Positions 1 to 9,385 of a stretch of DNA of 64,000 nt are shown piece by piece; the stretch's first letter is position 1; every line of letters begins with the position of its first letter. Below the pieces are notes generated by a model that saw only the letters and a list, made by a program, of their open reading frames with translations, did no database searches and was not told the origin of the DNA. Where the stretch lies: contig CAYGRO010000001.1 in the NCBI GenBank assembly GCA_964352335.1, forward strand, positions 31,830 to 95,829, in the 5' to 3' direction. A program made the translations under genes and the position numbers. The stretch is from an uncultured Gammaproteobacteria bacterium. Lineage in GTDB: Bacteria > Patescibacteriota > Patescibacteriia > VMEV01 > CAYQCH01.

Positions 1-264
1 GCGGAACAATTAGATCGACTTGATTATACAACCTATAGCGTAAATGTTATTGAACGAAAGTATATTGATGGTGAACGCATTAAAGATTCATGGAAATCAG
101 CAATTGAAGAAGCTGTACGAAGCGCTAATGAAATTGTACAAGCACTTTCAGTAAATCTACTAGTCTTACTCTTACTCCTTGTTCAATACTCTATTTATGC
201 ATTCATCCTAGTGATTGTTGCAAAATACGGATGGAAAGCAATAAAAAAGATTTGGAATAAGTAA
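1..264 (+). CDS. 3' end of a gene truncated by the window edge; hydrophobic C-terminal segment, product unknown
   Basis: Frame 1 is open from the window edge to TAA at 262-264 (…LLVLLLLLVQYSIYAFILVIVAKYGWKAIKKIWNK*). Confidence 0.4.
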   Translation, partial: AEQLDRLDYTTYSVNVIERKYIDGERIKDSWKSAIEEAVRSANEIVQALSVNLLVLLLLLVQYSIYAFILVIVAKYGWKAIKKIWNK

Positions 265-305
265 TCAAATATCAATAAGCAATAGATCAAAAACATATAG
301 AGATG

Positions 306-366
306 CACCCTCCCTAGGAAAGGGAGGGAATGTGCAGTGCCTAAAGGGCACAAGCGAGGGTGGGTT
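306..366. repeat. GC-rich composite palindromic repeat (CCCTCCC-N7-GGGAGGG plus GTGCC-N4-GGCAC plus AAGCGAGGG), member of a dispersed family
   Basis: Near-identical module at 33281-33360. The sequence is strongly GC-rich in an AT-rich intergenic context. Confidence 0.6.
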
Positions 367-374
367 CACGAAAC

Positions 375-410
375 CAAAACAAAAACGACTCGGCAAGCCG
401 GGTCGTTTTT
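375..410. terminator. Bidirectional rho-independent terminator (AAACGACTCGG…CCGGGTCGTTTTT)
   Basis: An 11-bp stem with one G·U pair, flanked by an A-run on one side and a T-run on the other. It lies downstream of the minus-strand csp gene. Confidence 0.6.
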
Positions 411-420
411 GATAAAGAGG

Positions 421-618
421 TTATGCACGTTGCACATTTGTCGCTCGAGGCCCTTTATCAGAGTCTTCTGTTTCAAATGTAACAGCGTCACCTTCTTGTA
501 GGTCTTCGAATGTTGCACCGCTTAAAGCAGACATGTGGAAGAAAAGATCTTTTTCTTCACCTTCTACTGCGATGAAACCGAATCCCTTGTCTGTCAATCG
601 TTTGATTGTTCCAGTCAT
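421..618 (-). CDS. cspA: Cold-shock protein (CspA family, S1-like cold-shock domain)
   Basis: A 65-aa protein carrying the KGFGFI and FFH RNP motifs typical of Csp proteins. Confidence 0.9.
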   Translation of the reverse strand: MTGTIKRLTDKGFGFIAVEGEEKDLFFHMSALSGATFEDLQEGDAVTFETEDSDKGPRATNVQRA

Positions 619-770
619 AGGTACGTAGTTTAGTGATTAGCCACAAATTTCGCCTCTTGTAGGAAAATCGATGGATCTTCACTGTACTTTGAGTCGTTTT
701 GCTTTAGAGACATGATACATGACTTCTCCTTATTTGTCAACCCATATACTGGCCTTACTTTAAAGGGCTC

Positions 771-2237
771 CTAAATAAGGGCTCCTAAATCGATCCGCTC
801 ATCTATTCGTATTTGCTCAACAAATTCTGGAATATGGCTTACTAAAATCATCGCTCCCTCATATTCATCTAAGGCTTTCGCAATAATAGGTAAATGACGG
901 AAATTGATATGGTTAGTTGGCTCATCTAAAATCAGTAAACCAGGTTCTTGCATAACCAAACGAACAAAAGAAAGTAAACCTTTTTGCCCTTCGGATAAAT
1001 GCTTAATTGTTTGTTCTAAAATTTTCCCATCCAATAAAAATTTGGCAGCCATCGCACGTAAATCTTCATCCCTCGGTGTTTTCATGACCTCCCATAAACT
1101 ATCATAAGCTTTTTGTTCAAAATCAAGCGTAGAAAAATCTTGTCGGTAATATCCAACTTTAATTGAGTCTGCAATTTTGACCCCCTTTGCTTTCCCAGTT
1201 GCCAAAGCTTCTAAAAGCGTTGTTTTTCCAATTCCATTTGGACCAGAAATAAGTAGATGGGTATTTTTTCGTAAAACTAATTCTACGTTCTTTTCTACAG
1301 GTTTTCCTTTTTTCAAAATAGAAACAGAATCAATTATCACAATTTTCCCATCAAAAAACGCATCGTATTCTTGTGTAGGAATAGTAAAAGGCCTGATTGT
1401 TTTATCTTCTCGTCGGACATCAACCTTATCTTCTTCTGCTTGTTCAGCCGCATCACGCATTTTTTTAGCTACCCCACGAAGCTTCCCACCTTTGTGAGCG
1501 AAAACTCCAGCTTGAGCTTTAAGCCGTTTGATATCTTTTTCTGCACGAACATTGAGCAATTGTTCTTTTTTCACACGTGCAGAAATTTCTTCTACCACGT
1601 CATGATACGTTCCTACATATTGCTCTACTTTTTTTGTAAAACTATCTAAGTATAAAACGCCATCTGTAAATGAGTTTAAAAATTCTGCGTCATGGGAAAT
1701 AACTAATACTGTTTTTTCATACAGAATTAAAAACATTGTTAATTGATCAATCCCCTCTTGATCTAAATTATTTGTTGGTTCATCTAAAAGTAATATATCA
1801 GGATTTTGGATTAATGCATGACATAAAAGCAAACGAGCTTGTTGTCCTCCAGAAAATTGACGAACTGTTTTTTCAACATCAATTTCTAAATTTACAATAG
1901 CCAGTACATCTTTGATTTTTTTATCGATATCATAATGCTTTTCTGTAAAAGCCGATTCAAAATAGGCTTTTACAGATAGATCTAATGCCTCTTGAGGCAT
2001 TACTTGTCTTCCAGTTGCAATCGTCGCATCTTTTGGTGTTATAAATACTTGCCCAGAATTTGTCTTGAGCTCTCCATTGATCATTTTAAACAGTGTACTT
2101 TTTCCAGCACCATTCTGCCCCATCAAAGCGATACGGCTATTATCTCGCACAGAAAAACTAACTTCATCTAAAAGCAGTTTATTATCGTATCCAAATTTTA
2201 CTTCGTCAAAACGAATGACGACATTGTCTTTTGCCAT
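771..2237 (-). CDS. ABC-F family ATPase with two ABC domains and no transmembrane domain
   Basis: Two Walker A motifs (GQNGAGKST and GPNGIGKTT) and two signature motifs (LSGGQ-like: FSGGQQ and LSEGQK). Confidence 0.8.
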   Translation of the reverse strand: MAKDNVVIRFDEVKFGYDNKLLLDEVSFSVRDNSRIALMGQNGAGKSTLFKMINGELKTNSGQVFITPKDATIATGRQVMPQEALDLSVKAYFESAFTEKHYDIDKKIKDVLAIVNLEIDVEKTVRQFSGGQQARLLLCHALIQNPDILLLDEPTNNLDQEGIDQLTMFLILYEKTVLVISHDAEFLNSFTDGVLYLDSFTKKVEQYVGTYHDVVEEISARVKKEQLLNVRAEKDIKRLKAQAGVFAHKGGKLRGVAKKMRDAAEQAEEDKVDVRREDKTIRPFTIPTQEYDAFFDGKIVIIDSVSILKKGKPVEKNVELVLRKNTHLLISGPNGIGKTTLLEALATGKAKGVKIADSIKVGYYRQDFSTLDFEQKAYDSLWEVMKTPRDEDLRAMAAKFLLDGKILEQTIKHLSEGQKGLLSFVRLVMQEPGLLILDEPTNHINFRHLPIIAKALDEYEGAMILVSHIPEFVEQIRIDERIDLGALI

Positions 2238-2367
2238 AAAAAAAGATAGTAAAGAGCCCGCTATTGCGAGCTCTTCAATAATTGCTATTCAGAATACTAA
2301 AAAATGGTCTATTGGTCAATAAAGCTAGGGTTTTGCTATAATGTAGATAACTTAACTAGACCTATTT

Positions 2368-3168
2368 ATGAAAAAACTCGCACCACTTATTGCGCTTTTG
2401 GGCGTAGTTATCCTTATTTACGTTGTTACACAAAACTTTAAAAGTGGACAAGAAGCACAAGCCCCATTTATTGATAAATCAATGGAAAAATCTATGGAAG
2501 AAAGCCAGGATATTTTGATTACGCCAATTTCACATGCATCCGCACTATTAGATTGGGAAAATGTCATCATTTATATGGACCCAGTTGGAGGAGCTGAAGC
2601 ATTTGCGGGTCAACCCTCTCCAGACATTGTCCTTGTAACAGATATTCATGGTGATCATTTAAATATGGAAACACTTGAATCCGTCTTAACTAATGACACG
2701 ATTTTAATCGCACCAAAAGCTGTTTCTGAAGAATTACCTATTCAATTACAAAAACGAGTACTTGTTTTGAACAATGGAGAAATAACAACACAATTAGGTT
2801 TCGATATCGAAGCCATTCCAATGTATAACTTACCAGAATCAGATGATGCTTTTCATATAAAAGGGCGTGGAAACGGGTATGTCTTAGAAAAGAATGGTAA
2901 ACGTGTCTATATTGCAGGTGATACGGCAGATATCCCAGAGATGCGTAACCTAAAAAATATTGATATTGCTTTTGTACCAATGAACCTTCCCTATACAATG
3001 ACGGTAGAATCAGCAGCAGATGCAGTATTAGAATTTATGCCTAAACAAGTTATTCCCTATCACTTTAGAGGGCCTGACGGTTTAAGCGATATAAATTTAT
3101 TTAAACAACTTGTTGATGCCGGCGAAAAAGAGATAGAAGTTCGATTGCTTGATTGGTACACACAATAA
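2368..3168 (+). CDS. Secreted MBL-fold metallo-hydrolase
   Basis: N-terminal signal/transmembrane segment, a DIHGDH metal-binding motif (HxHxDH variant), and later His and Asp residues. Confidence 0.55.
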   Translation: MKKLAPLIALLGVVILIYVVTQNFKSGQEAQAPFIDKSMEKSMEESQDILITPISHASALLDWENVIIYMDPVGGAEAFAGQPSPDIVLVTDIHGDHLNMETLESVLTNDTILIAPKAVSEELPIQLQKRVLVLNNGEITTQLGFDIEAIPMYNLPESDDAFHIKGRGNGYVLEKNGKRVYIAGDTADIPEMRNLKNIDIAFVPMNLPYTMTVESAADAVLEFMPKQVIPYHFRGPDGLSDINLFKQLVDAGEKEIEVRLLDWYTQ

Positions 3169-3188
3169 TACATGCTATCCCTCTAAAA

Positions 3189-3216
3189 GAAAAAACCTCC
3201 CATTGGGAGGTTTTTT
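3189..3216. terminator. Bidirectional terminator AAAAAACCTCCCATTGGGAGGTTTTTTC
   Basis: A perfect hairpin flanked by A- and T-runs, sitting between convergent genes. Confidence 0.7.
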
Positions 3217-3217
3217 C

Positions 3218-3808
3218 TTAAAAAATCAATGTCTTCCAATAGCTCCAATATTTTATCAATATTGCGAAAATAATTACGCCATACATTAGCGCTAATACAA
3301 TCCATCTGTATTTTTCTAAGAATGCTCCAATCCACTTATATTTTTCTGGCAAACGCAGGTATTCCTTGCGCAGATTATAGAGGGTTAAGCTCAAAAACAT
3401 TGGAATCGTCACAGTCCAAACAGCCATACAGTATAAACAAAGAGCACCAATGACATAAACACTTTGGTAAAAAAGCCAATAAATGAAAGTGATTGCAAGT
3501 GTCATTCCTGTCTGTGCAGTTAACCAATACCACCGTTTAAACTGCGCTTGTGCCATTATCGCCATCCCCATACAAATCATAATGGCAAAACCAGCAATAC
3601 CGATAAAGGAATTGGGAAATCCAAAAACAGAAGCCTGTGGCGTTTGCATAACAGAACCACAACTTAAAAGAGGATTGATGCTACAAGGGGGGGCATATAA
3701 AGGGTCGGCAAGGATATTCATTTTCTCTGCTGTAATAATGCCAGAAAACAAAAGTCCAATGAGCCCACCAAAAACAAGCATTGATTGCAAGAATTTCTTA
3801 GAAGACAT
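3218..3808 (-). CDS. Vitamin K epoxide reductase (VKOR) family membrane protein
   Basis: Multi-transmembrane protein with a conserved Cys pair (CSINPLLSC) and the CxxC active-site motif (CLYC). Confidence 0.7.
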   Translation of the reverse strand: MSSKKFLQSMLVFGGLIGLLFSGIITAEKMNILADPLYAPPCSINPLLSCGSVMQTPQASVFGFPNSFIGIAGFAIMICMGMAIMAQAQFKRWYWLTAQTGMTLAITFIYWLFYQSVYVIGALCLYCMAVWTVTIPMFLSLTLYNLRKEYLRLPEKYKWIGAFLEKYRWIVLALMYGVIIFAILIKYWSYWKTLIF

Positions 3809-3902
3809 ACGCTTTTGGATAAAAGTAAAGTGATTCTACTGGATTATACTACTTTGAGCAGAAAACTACGTCAATTTATGCGATAAAGCGCTCTTATTGC
3901 TA

Positions 3903-4385
3903 TTATACTGACTTAATTGTGTAATAAATATTAGTCACCCACTTGCTTGGATCTGATTCCATTTTTGGATTAACCTCATATTCTTCCACCGCAAAACCTC
4001 CCATCTCTAAACGCTGTTCTTTTAAATACTCCCCCATATCCTGATGAAGCTGGAACATCTTTTCATATCCACCAGTATGTACATATTTCAAAGCTATTTG
4101 TGGTGACACATTAGATAAAGTAAATTCTGTTCCTTCTAACTCGCTTTCCTCAAATTGTTTAACAGGAAAAGTGATAGCAAAATCTGTTGTACCCTCTTCT
4201 TGATTCCATGCATAATAAAATGTTGTCATTGGGCCAATAGGTTGTATGTTTTTTTCATCAAAATAGGTAAATATCTTTTCGCCTACTTCTCTATAAGTGT
4301 CTTGATTTGTTGCAATGCTCAATGGCACAGTTTGTCGTATTCCAAAATAAGTTCCACCAGCAAAATCTGTTTTTTCTATTTTCAT
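3903..4385 (-). CDS. GyrI-like (SbmC/AraC effector-binding fold) small-molecule-binding protein
   Basis: A 160-aa protein with the sequence pattern typical of the GyrI-like domain. Confidence 0.45.
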   Translation of the reverse strand: MKIEKTDFAGGTYFGIRQTVPLSIATNQDTYREVGEKIFTYFDEKNIQPIGPMTTFYYAWNQEEGTTDFAITFPVKQFEESELEGTEFTLSNVSPQIALKYVHTGGYEKMFQLHQDMGEYLKEQRLEMGGFAVEEYEVNPKMESDPSKWVTNIYYTIKSV

Positions 4386-4403
4386 AGTTAAATTTACTAA
4401 ATT

Positions 4404-4438
4404 AAAAAAATACTGCTTTTATTAAACAGTATTTTTTT
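4404..4438. terminator. Hairpin terminator (AAAAAAATACTG…CAGTATTTTTTTC)
   Basis: Inverted repeat flanked by A- and T-runs. Confidence 0.55.
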
Positions 4439-4461
4439 CTTAAATGCAAAGTTAGGTAAAA

Positions 4462-4923
4462 TTAATCTCTCAGTAAATCCATCAAGATATCGAGCTTTCG
4501 ATTAATTTGTTCTAATTGTTTCGCAGTTGCCGCATCGCCTCCAGATCTTTTTGACCCACCATCTCTTGAAGAGCTCCCTCCTTTATCAAAACAAGGACTA
4601 CAAAAAACTTTTTTCCCATTTGTTGGTTTAAAAGGTACTTGGCATGTGTCTCCACAATCATCACAAGTAGTTTTAAACATTTCTCTGTCACCACCAAAAT
4701 CTCGTCCACCACCTGAACGACGAGGTTCTGGACCACCTTTACCTTCAAAACAGTTGCTACAGTAAATAGGTTTACTTCCATTTGGTTTAAATGGTACTTG
4801 GCAATTATTTCCACATTCTGCACAAGTCGCACTAAACATATCTGGACGACCATTACTTCTGTCTTTAAAACCACCACCTCTTCGACCACCGTCTGATCGA
4901 TCATCTCGCTTTGGGTAACCCAT
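4462..4923 (-). CDS. Tandem zinc-ribbon protein (two CxxC-x17-CxxC units) rich in RGG/Gly/Lys; putative nucleic-acid binding
   Basis: An internal duplication is visible: TCAECGNNCQVPFKPNGSKPIYCSNCF aligns with TCDDCGDTCQVPFKPTNGKKVFCSPCF, flanked by GGRRGGG/RSGGGRDFGG low-complexity segments. Confidence 0.6.
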   Translation of the reverse strand: MGYPKRDDRSDGGRRGGGFKDRSNGRPDMFSATCAECGNNCQVPFKPNGSKPIYCSNCFEGKGGPEPRRSGGGRDFGGDREMFKTTCDDCGDTCQVPFKPTNGKKVFCSPCFDKGGSSSRDGGSKRSGGDAATAKQLEQINRKLDILMDLLRD

Positions 4924-5086
4924 AGTATTGTCTTATATTCTTAAATCCTTTTAATTGTACTCTTAATAAGTAATAAAAAGAACTCGCACCATACATGGTA
5001 TTCAATAAAAAAGCAAGGTTTGGCTAATTTTTGCATCAATTCTAATCTATGCTAAAATTATCGTATTAATAACTAAGTGCATTTAT

Positions 5087-5350
5087 ATGAAAAAAGTTTC
5101 AGCTCTATTTGCAGGACTATTACTTGTCCTAACACTAACAGGGGCAGGTTGTGAAGCAACAACAAAAGTAGAAACAAATGATAATATGATGAAAGATGAT
5201 TCTATGATGGATGATGGAGAAAAAATGAAAGATAGTGACTCCATGATGGAAGGTGAAACGATGTTAAAAGGAGAAACAATGGAAGAAAAAGAAGGAATGG
5301 TTGGCGGAGACGCAATGGTAGACGGAGAATTAAAAATGGAAGTTAAATAA
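5087..5350 (+). CDS. Small secreted/lipoprotein-like Met-, Asp- and Glu-rich protein (MM/MxxM motifs); candidate metal (Cu/Ag) binder
   Basis: Signal peptide with Cys after LTGAG. Repeats KDDSMMDDGEKMKDSDSMMEGETM are present, and the similar motif DDSMM recurs in the thioredoxin at 12750-13406. Confidence 0.6.
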   Translation: MKKVSALFAGLLLVLTLTGAGCEATTKVETNDNMMKDDSMMDDGEKMKDSDSMMEGETMLKGETMEEKEGMVGGDAMVDGELKMEVK

Positions 5351-5362
5351 AGCTACTTTCTC

Positions 5363-5397
5363 AAAAAAAGAACTGGCAATTGCCAGTTCTTTTTTAT
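5363..5397 (+). terminator. Rho-independent terminator AAAAAAAGAACTGGCAATTGCCAGTTCTTTTTT
   Basis: Perfect palindrome followed by a T-run. Confidence 0.75.
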
Positions 5398-5576
5398 TTA
5401 ACTCCCTTTCGTTTTTTGATGTTATTCTTCAGTCGTTTTCCGATAGCCGTTGGTTTTTTCGCATGTTTAATGCGAGCTCTTAGAGCGCTATTCATAGGTA
5501 TATAATCAAAATTCAAATCTTGTCGGTTGACTATAACCTATTTTTGAGTATTTATCAAGTATTTGGACGATTAAAC

Positions 5577-6077
5577 CTATTTTTTGCTAAAAGAGACCGT
5601 CTTTAATAAGGCATCAAAATCTTCTAATCGCCCATCTGATAATTCATTGTAGTTTGCAACAAAGAAGTAAATTTTCCCTTCATATGGAACAACAATCGAG
5701 CGCCCTTTATATAATCCTTCCCATTGATATTGTAGTGCTTCTTGGCCACCAACCTTCACATCTTGAGTTTCTTGATCACGATAATTTGTGAAGTTTGCTT
5801 TTTCTTCCAACCACATCATTAGATCAGTATCATTTTGATTAAAAACGTAAATTGTCAGAGAAGGCGGTCCTTCTCGCCCATCAGGGCTTCGATCCAATTC
5901 TTCTTTATCTGCTTTTCTAAGTAAGAGATAGGCTTTTTCTAAATCTTTATCATCACCTGAACTATTTGGTAATTCTTCTAATACATAGTCATTTGCAATA
6001 GCGGTGTGATCAAATGAGAATGCTAAATCATTAGTTTCGGTGACATTATTGTCTTCAGCCACAGTTTTTTTATCCAT
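5577..6077 (-). CDS. Hypothetical protein; an N-terminal signal-peptide-like extension is interrupted by an in-frame TGA
   Basis: The 166-aa ORF has no recognisable family. Upstream and in frame it reads MKKNVIIIVLA-TGA-AVIFGGIYYYS-MDKK…. Confidence 0.5.
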   Translation of the reverse strand: MDKKTVAEDNNVTETNDLAFSFDHTAIANDYVLEELPNSSGDDKDLEKAYLLLRKADKEELDRSPDGREGPPSLTIYVFNQNDTDLMMWLEEKANFTNYRDQETQDVKVGGQEALQYQWEGLYKGRSIVVPYEGKIYFFVANYNELSDGRLEDFDALLKTVSFSKK

Positions 6078-6167
6078 TGAATAGTAATAAATCCCGCCAA
6101 AGATTACAGCTCAAGCGAGAACGATTATAATTACATTTTTTTTCATAATACTATTTTTAAGAATGAG

Positions 6168-6476
6168 CTATTTAGTTTGATCGTCTTTTTTAATTCCCCA
6201 CATCCATTTCGGTGATTCACCTTTTTTATAGCAAATAAGAATAAGTGAAGACGTTAATAAGATAAGAGGTAATAAAAAAGTGAAGAGCATGTCTTGAACT
6301 GTGGCATATCCATCTACAGTAAAAGTAAAAGCAATAATTAAAAGAAGATAGATAAAAACAACTGTCCACCCTTGCCACTTCGCTGGTGCCCATCCCCAAC
6401 CGTAGAGTTTTCGTTTAAACCAATAGCCTTTAGGATTATCTTTTAGATATTCAGCGTATTCTTTGAATGAAAACAT
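6168..6476 (-). CDS. Small membrane protein, hypothetical
   Basis: 102 aa with two predicted transmembrane helices. Confidence 0.5.
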   Translation of the reverse strand: MFSFKEYAEYLKDNPKGYWFKRKLYGWGWAPAKWQGWTVVFIYLLLIIAFTFTVDGYATVQDMLFTFLLPLILLTSSLILICYKKGESPKWMWGIKKDDQTK

Positions 6477-6501
6477 ATTTGTATAATTTATTTCTTTTTT
6501 A

Positions 6502-6879
6502 TTATACTTTATCTCTATGCTGATCTACCAAAATAGCATTTCCATCGGGATCCATAAGAGTAAAACTTGTTGGTCCCGTTCCCTCTTCTGCTTTTGTGGT
6601 AAATTCAATACCAGCTTCATCAAGCTGTTTTTGCAAATCACGAATATCTGTAAATGATTCTGTCTCTTTGCCATTATGATCCCAACCTGGATTAAAGGTT
6701 AAAATATTCTTTTCAAACATCCCTTGAAATAAACCAATATTCGTTGTTCCATTTTGTAAAATAACCCAGCCTTGTTTTTCATCGCCATGAATCATAGAAA
6801 AACCAAGTTTTTCGTAAAAAGCTTTTGAAGCAGCTAAATCTTTAACAGCAAGACTTGTAGAAAAATTACCCATTTGCAT
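6502..6879 (-). CDS. VOC/glyoxalase-family protein
   Basis: The glyoxalase/bleomycin-resistance fold pattern is present (KAFYEKLGF…, DPDGN). Confidence 0.7.
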   Translation of the reverse strand: MQMGNFSTSLAVKDLAASKAFYEKLGFSMIHGDEKQGWVILQNGTTNIGLFQGMFEKNILTFNPGWDHNGKETESFTDIRDLQKQLDEAGIEFTTKAEEGTGPTSFTLMDPDGNAILVDQHRDKV

Positions 6880-6962
6880 AAATTAAGAGAGTTAACAATC
6901 ATGCTTTTATTATAGCAAAAAATAAGAAAACAAGGTTTATCACCTTGTTTTCTTGGGTTTGC

Positions 6963-7163
6963 TTATGCTGATTCAAATTTTGCATTCATCTCTTCCATCC
7001 ACTTTGCTTTTGATGCTTTTTGTTCCTCTTCCGTCATTTCTGACATTTTTTGCATCATTTCTGCATGGGCATCTTGATAATGAGGCATCATCTTCTCCAT
7101 CCATTGTTCGAATGTTTCTGCTTCTGCTGTTGTTTCGCACATATCGCATTTGAGTGTTTTCAT
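6963..7163 (-). CDS. Small Met/Glu-rich hypothetical protein
   Basis: A 66-aa ORF with a CDMC motif near the N-terminus. Confidence 0.4.
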   Translation of the reverse strand: MKTLKCDMCETTAEAETFEQWMEKMMPHYQDAHAEMMQKMSEMTEEEQKASKAKWMEEMNAKFESA

Positions 7164-7198
7164 ATTTTTTTCATGAGTAATAAAGTCGCATTTGTTTA

Positions 7199-8152
7199 CT
7201 ACCTAACATCAAGCTCAGTATTGCTATCGACTCGAATTTGTCGCAACTCCTTTCTCGTTTCCATTCGTTCTTGTCGAGCAGAACTAATATCTGCACGAAT
7301 TTCTACAAGCCGTTCTTTATTAATAACCGGCAATTGAGATTCATCCCAACACACTCTGAGATGTGAACGAACAAAACCTCGTTCAATATCATCACTCGAG
7401 CTGACATTTTTTGCACGGAGACATGCACGAACATCTCCCAATTCTGCCTTAACAGCATCTCGTGCTTCTTGTAAGTCTACACCATTTTCTTCTGCATAGG
7501 CATAAACACTAAACCTCACAGCACGTTTTAATTTTTGACGATCTGTATCTGGAATACGAGCGAGATTATCTTTTGTAATTCCAAGACTAAATCTTTTCAT
7601 GAGATTATAGGCAGCTTCTTGTGTCCCAACATAATAGGCTCGGCAATTTACAGGAAGAATCCACCAAGCTTCCCCTTGTTTTTCAACACGTAATACAATT
7701 CGTCCTTTTAATCGAGTACCTAATTCATTGGTTCTACAAACGCTTTCTTCTCCTTTTTCAACACCTTGTACAAGCAAAGCAAAATTTTCTTCATTAATTC
7801 CTAAGGCCCGACGCTCTAAAAGTGAATGAGCAGCAGCTCCATCGGCTAAATATTCTTTGGCACCCGTTACTGGGTCAACATAATAAACTTCTCCATTCCC
7901 TTCTACGTCTAAAAGCATAAGACCTTCCATTTGTTGTGCCAGCGTCGCACTATGTTCACGACGAGGTAGTTCACTTGGCTCAGCTTCTGTAAGTTCTTCA
8001 TCTGTAATTTCATTAATATCCTCATCTGTTAATGCAAGTGAAACTTCTGTTTCTTCTTGTACTTCTGCTTCTGCAGCAGAGACAGATGGAATAAACAAAC
8101 CAAATTGAAAGAGCAATGCAATAAGCGCAATAGAGGTAAATATTTTTTTCAT
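7199..8152 (-). CDS. Secreted hypothetical protein
   Basis: Signal peptide MKKIFTSIALIALLF…SVSA followed by an acidic linker. Confidence 0.55.
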   Translation of the reverse strand: MKKIFTSIALIALLFQFGLFIPSVSAAEAEVQEETEVSLALTDEDINEITDEELTEAEPSELPRREHSATLAQQMEGLMLLDVEGNGEVYYVDPVTGAKEYLADGAAAHSLLERRALGINEENFALLVQGVEKGEESVCRTNELGTRLKGRIVLRVEKQGEAWWILPVNCRAYYVGTQEAAYNLMKRFSLGITKDNLARIPDTDRQKLKRAVRFSVYAYAEENGVDLQEARDAVKAELGDVRACLRAKNVSSSDDIERGFVRSHLRVCWDESQLPVINKERLVEIRADISSARQERMETRKELRQIRVDSNTELDVR

Positions 8153-8227
8153 AAAACCGACGTAAATAGTTAGTACCTTGATTATAACACAGCTATTGCT
8201 TTTACTTTTTAGATCAATGCAAAAGCA

Positions 8228-9370
8228 TTAACCAATCACTTGTTTTAAAGAATTGATCAAATAATCTAATGAATCTAGCTGAATACCCGCAAAACTAATT
8301 CTCCCCGATGCTGGTAGATAAACTGAATACTCTTTTTTTAATTGATCAACTTGCTTTGGAGTTACAGAAAGCAAACCAAACATCCCCGAAGTTTTATCTA
8401 AGTAATCAATGCTTCCCCCTAAGCCAGAAATAAGCTTTAATTTTCTTTGGTCAATACTTTGTCGCATTTGATCTAATTGCGTAAACCACACTTCTTTTTG
8501 ATTTTTGAAAACCTCATTCATAATCATTTGACCAAATGATGGCGGATTTGAAATAGAAGTACGAACCATTCTTTGCAAATGGGATTCAAGGATCTCTTTC
8601 TCTGCTGTTTTAATCAATAATGCCCCAGTTCTATGAGAATATAATGTTGCATTTTTTGAATAAGAAAAAGCAATCGCAATTTGTGGTAATTCTGACACGA
8701 GATGACGAAGCAATTTTGCATCAGATTCGATTGAACTCCCTAAACCTAAATAAGCAAAATCGACAAAAACAAAAACCTTTTTTTCTTTAATAAGTGGTAA
8801 TAATTGTTCTAAATCTTCTTTAGCAAAATTGATCCCGGTTGGATTATGGGTTGACCCTCCATGTAAGAGTAAAATTGCTGGTTCATTGTTTAAAGACTGA
8901 AGGGCTTTAGTATAACCATCCGTATTGAACTCTTGTTGGTTGTTTAAATGCGGAAATTCGACAAGAGAAAATCCAGAAAAAATCTTTTCATGGTTTGGCC
9001 AAGTTGGGGTGGGAAAAAGAATCGTTTTTATCCCTAGTGTTTTTGTTAGGTTTGCGAATAAATCACAAGCTTGCGTCCCACCACAAGTTGCTTGCATGGC
9101 ATATTGCGATTCATTATACAGATTTTCTCCCAATACAAGTTTGCTTGTTTGCTCTAAGAAGTAAGGATCCCCTTTAATTGGTAAATAATTAAAGTTATCC
9201 ATCGACAATTCATTGGCGACTTGTTGAATAATAGGTAAGACAAATGGCCCTCCATTGTCCGCGACATAGGCACCAATACCTAGATTCACTTTATGAGGAT
9301 TTGAGTCATTTTTAAATGCAGCTAATAAATCAAATAAAGGATCTGGAGGCAATAACTCAAGTGAATTCAT
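8228..9370 (-). CDS. Aspartate/aromatic-amino-acid aminotransferase (class I, AspC/TyrB family)
   Basis: The PLP-lysine motif SYSKNATLYSHRTGAL matches AspC SYSKNFGLYNERVGA. Length of 380 aa is appropriate. Confidence 0.8.
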   Translation of the reverse strand: MNSLELLPPDPLFDLLAAFKNDSNPHKVNLGIGAYVADNGGPFVLPIIQQVANELSMDNFNYLPIKGDPYFLEQTSKLVLGENLYNESQYAMQATCGGTQACDLFANLTKTLGIKTILFPTPTWPNHEKIFSGFSLVEFPHLNNQQEFNTDGYTKALQSLNNEPAILLLHGGSTHNPTGINFAKEDLEQLLPLIKEKKVFVFVDFAYLGLGSSIESDAKLLRHLVSELPQIAIAFSYSKNATLYSHRTGALLIKTAEKEILESHLQRMVRTSISNPPSFGQMIMNEVFKNQKEVWFTQLDQMRQSIDQRKLKLISGLGGSIDYLDKTSGMFGLLSVTPKQVDQLKKEYSVYLPASGRISFAGIQLDSLDYLINSLKQVIG

Positions 9371-9385
9371 AGGTTATAAACTGAA

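Noticed and set aside
4512-4904. Alternative-frame ORFs inside confirmed genes, for example 4512-4904, 904-1107, 1177-1649, 8925-9177, 24094-24583, 36124-36678 and 57330-58450
   Set aside because: They lie antisense or off-frame within strongly supported CDSs, have no motifs, and have a composition typical of shadow ORFs.
6078-6146. Alternative genetic code (UGA read as Gly, code 25), suggested by an in-frame TGA inside a signal-peptide-like extension
   Set aside because: The window contains very long ORFs with no TGA at all (1754, 783, 498 and 490 aa). That would be extremely unlikely in a TGA-recoding organism. The standard code explains essentially all genes.
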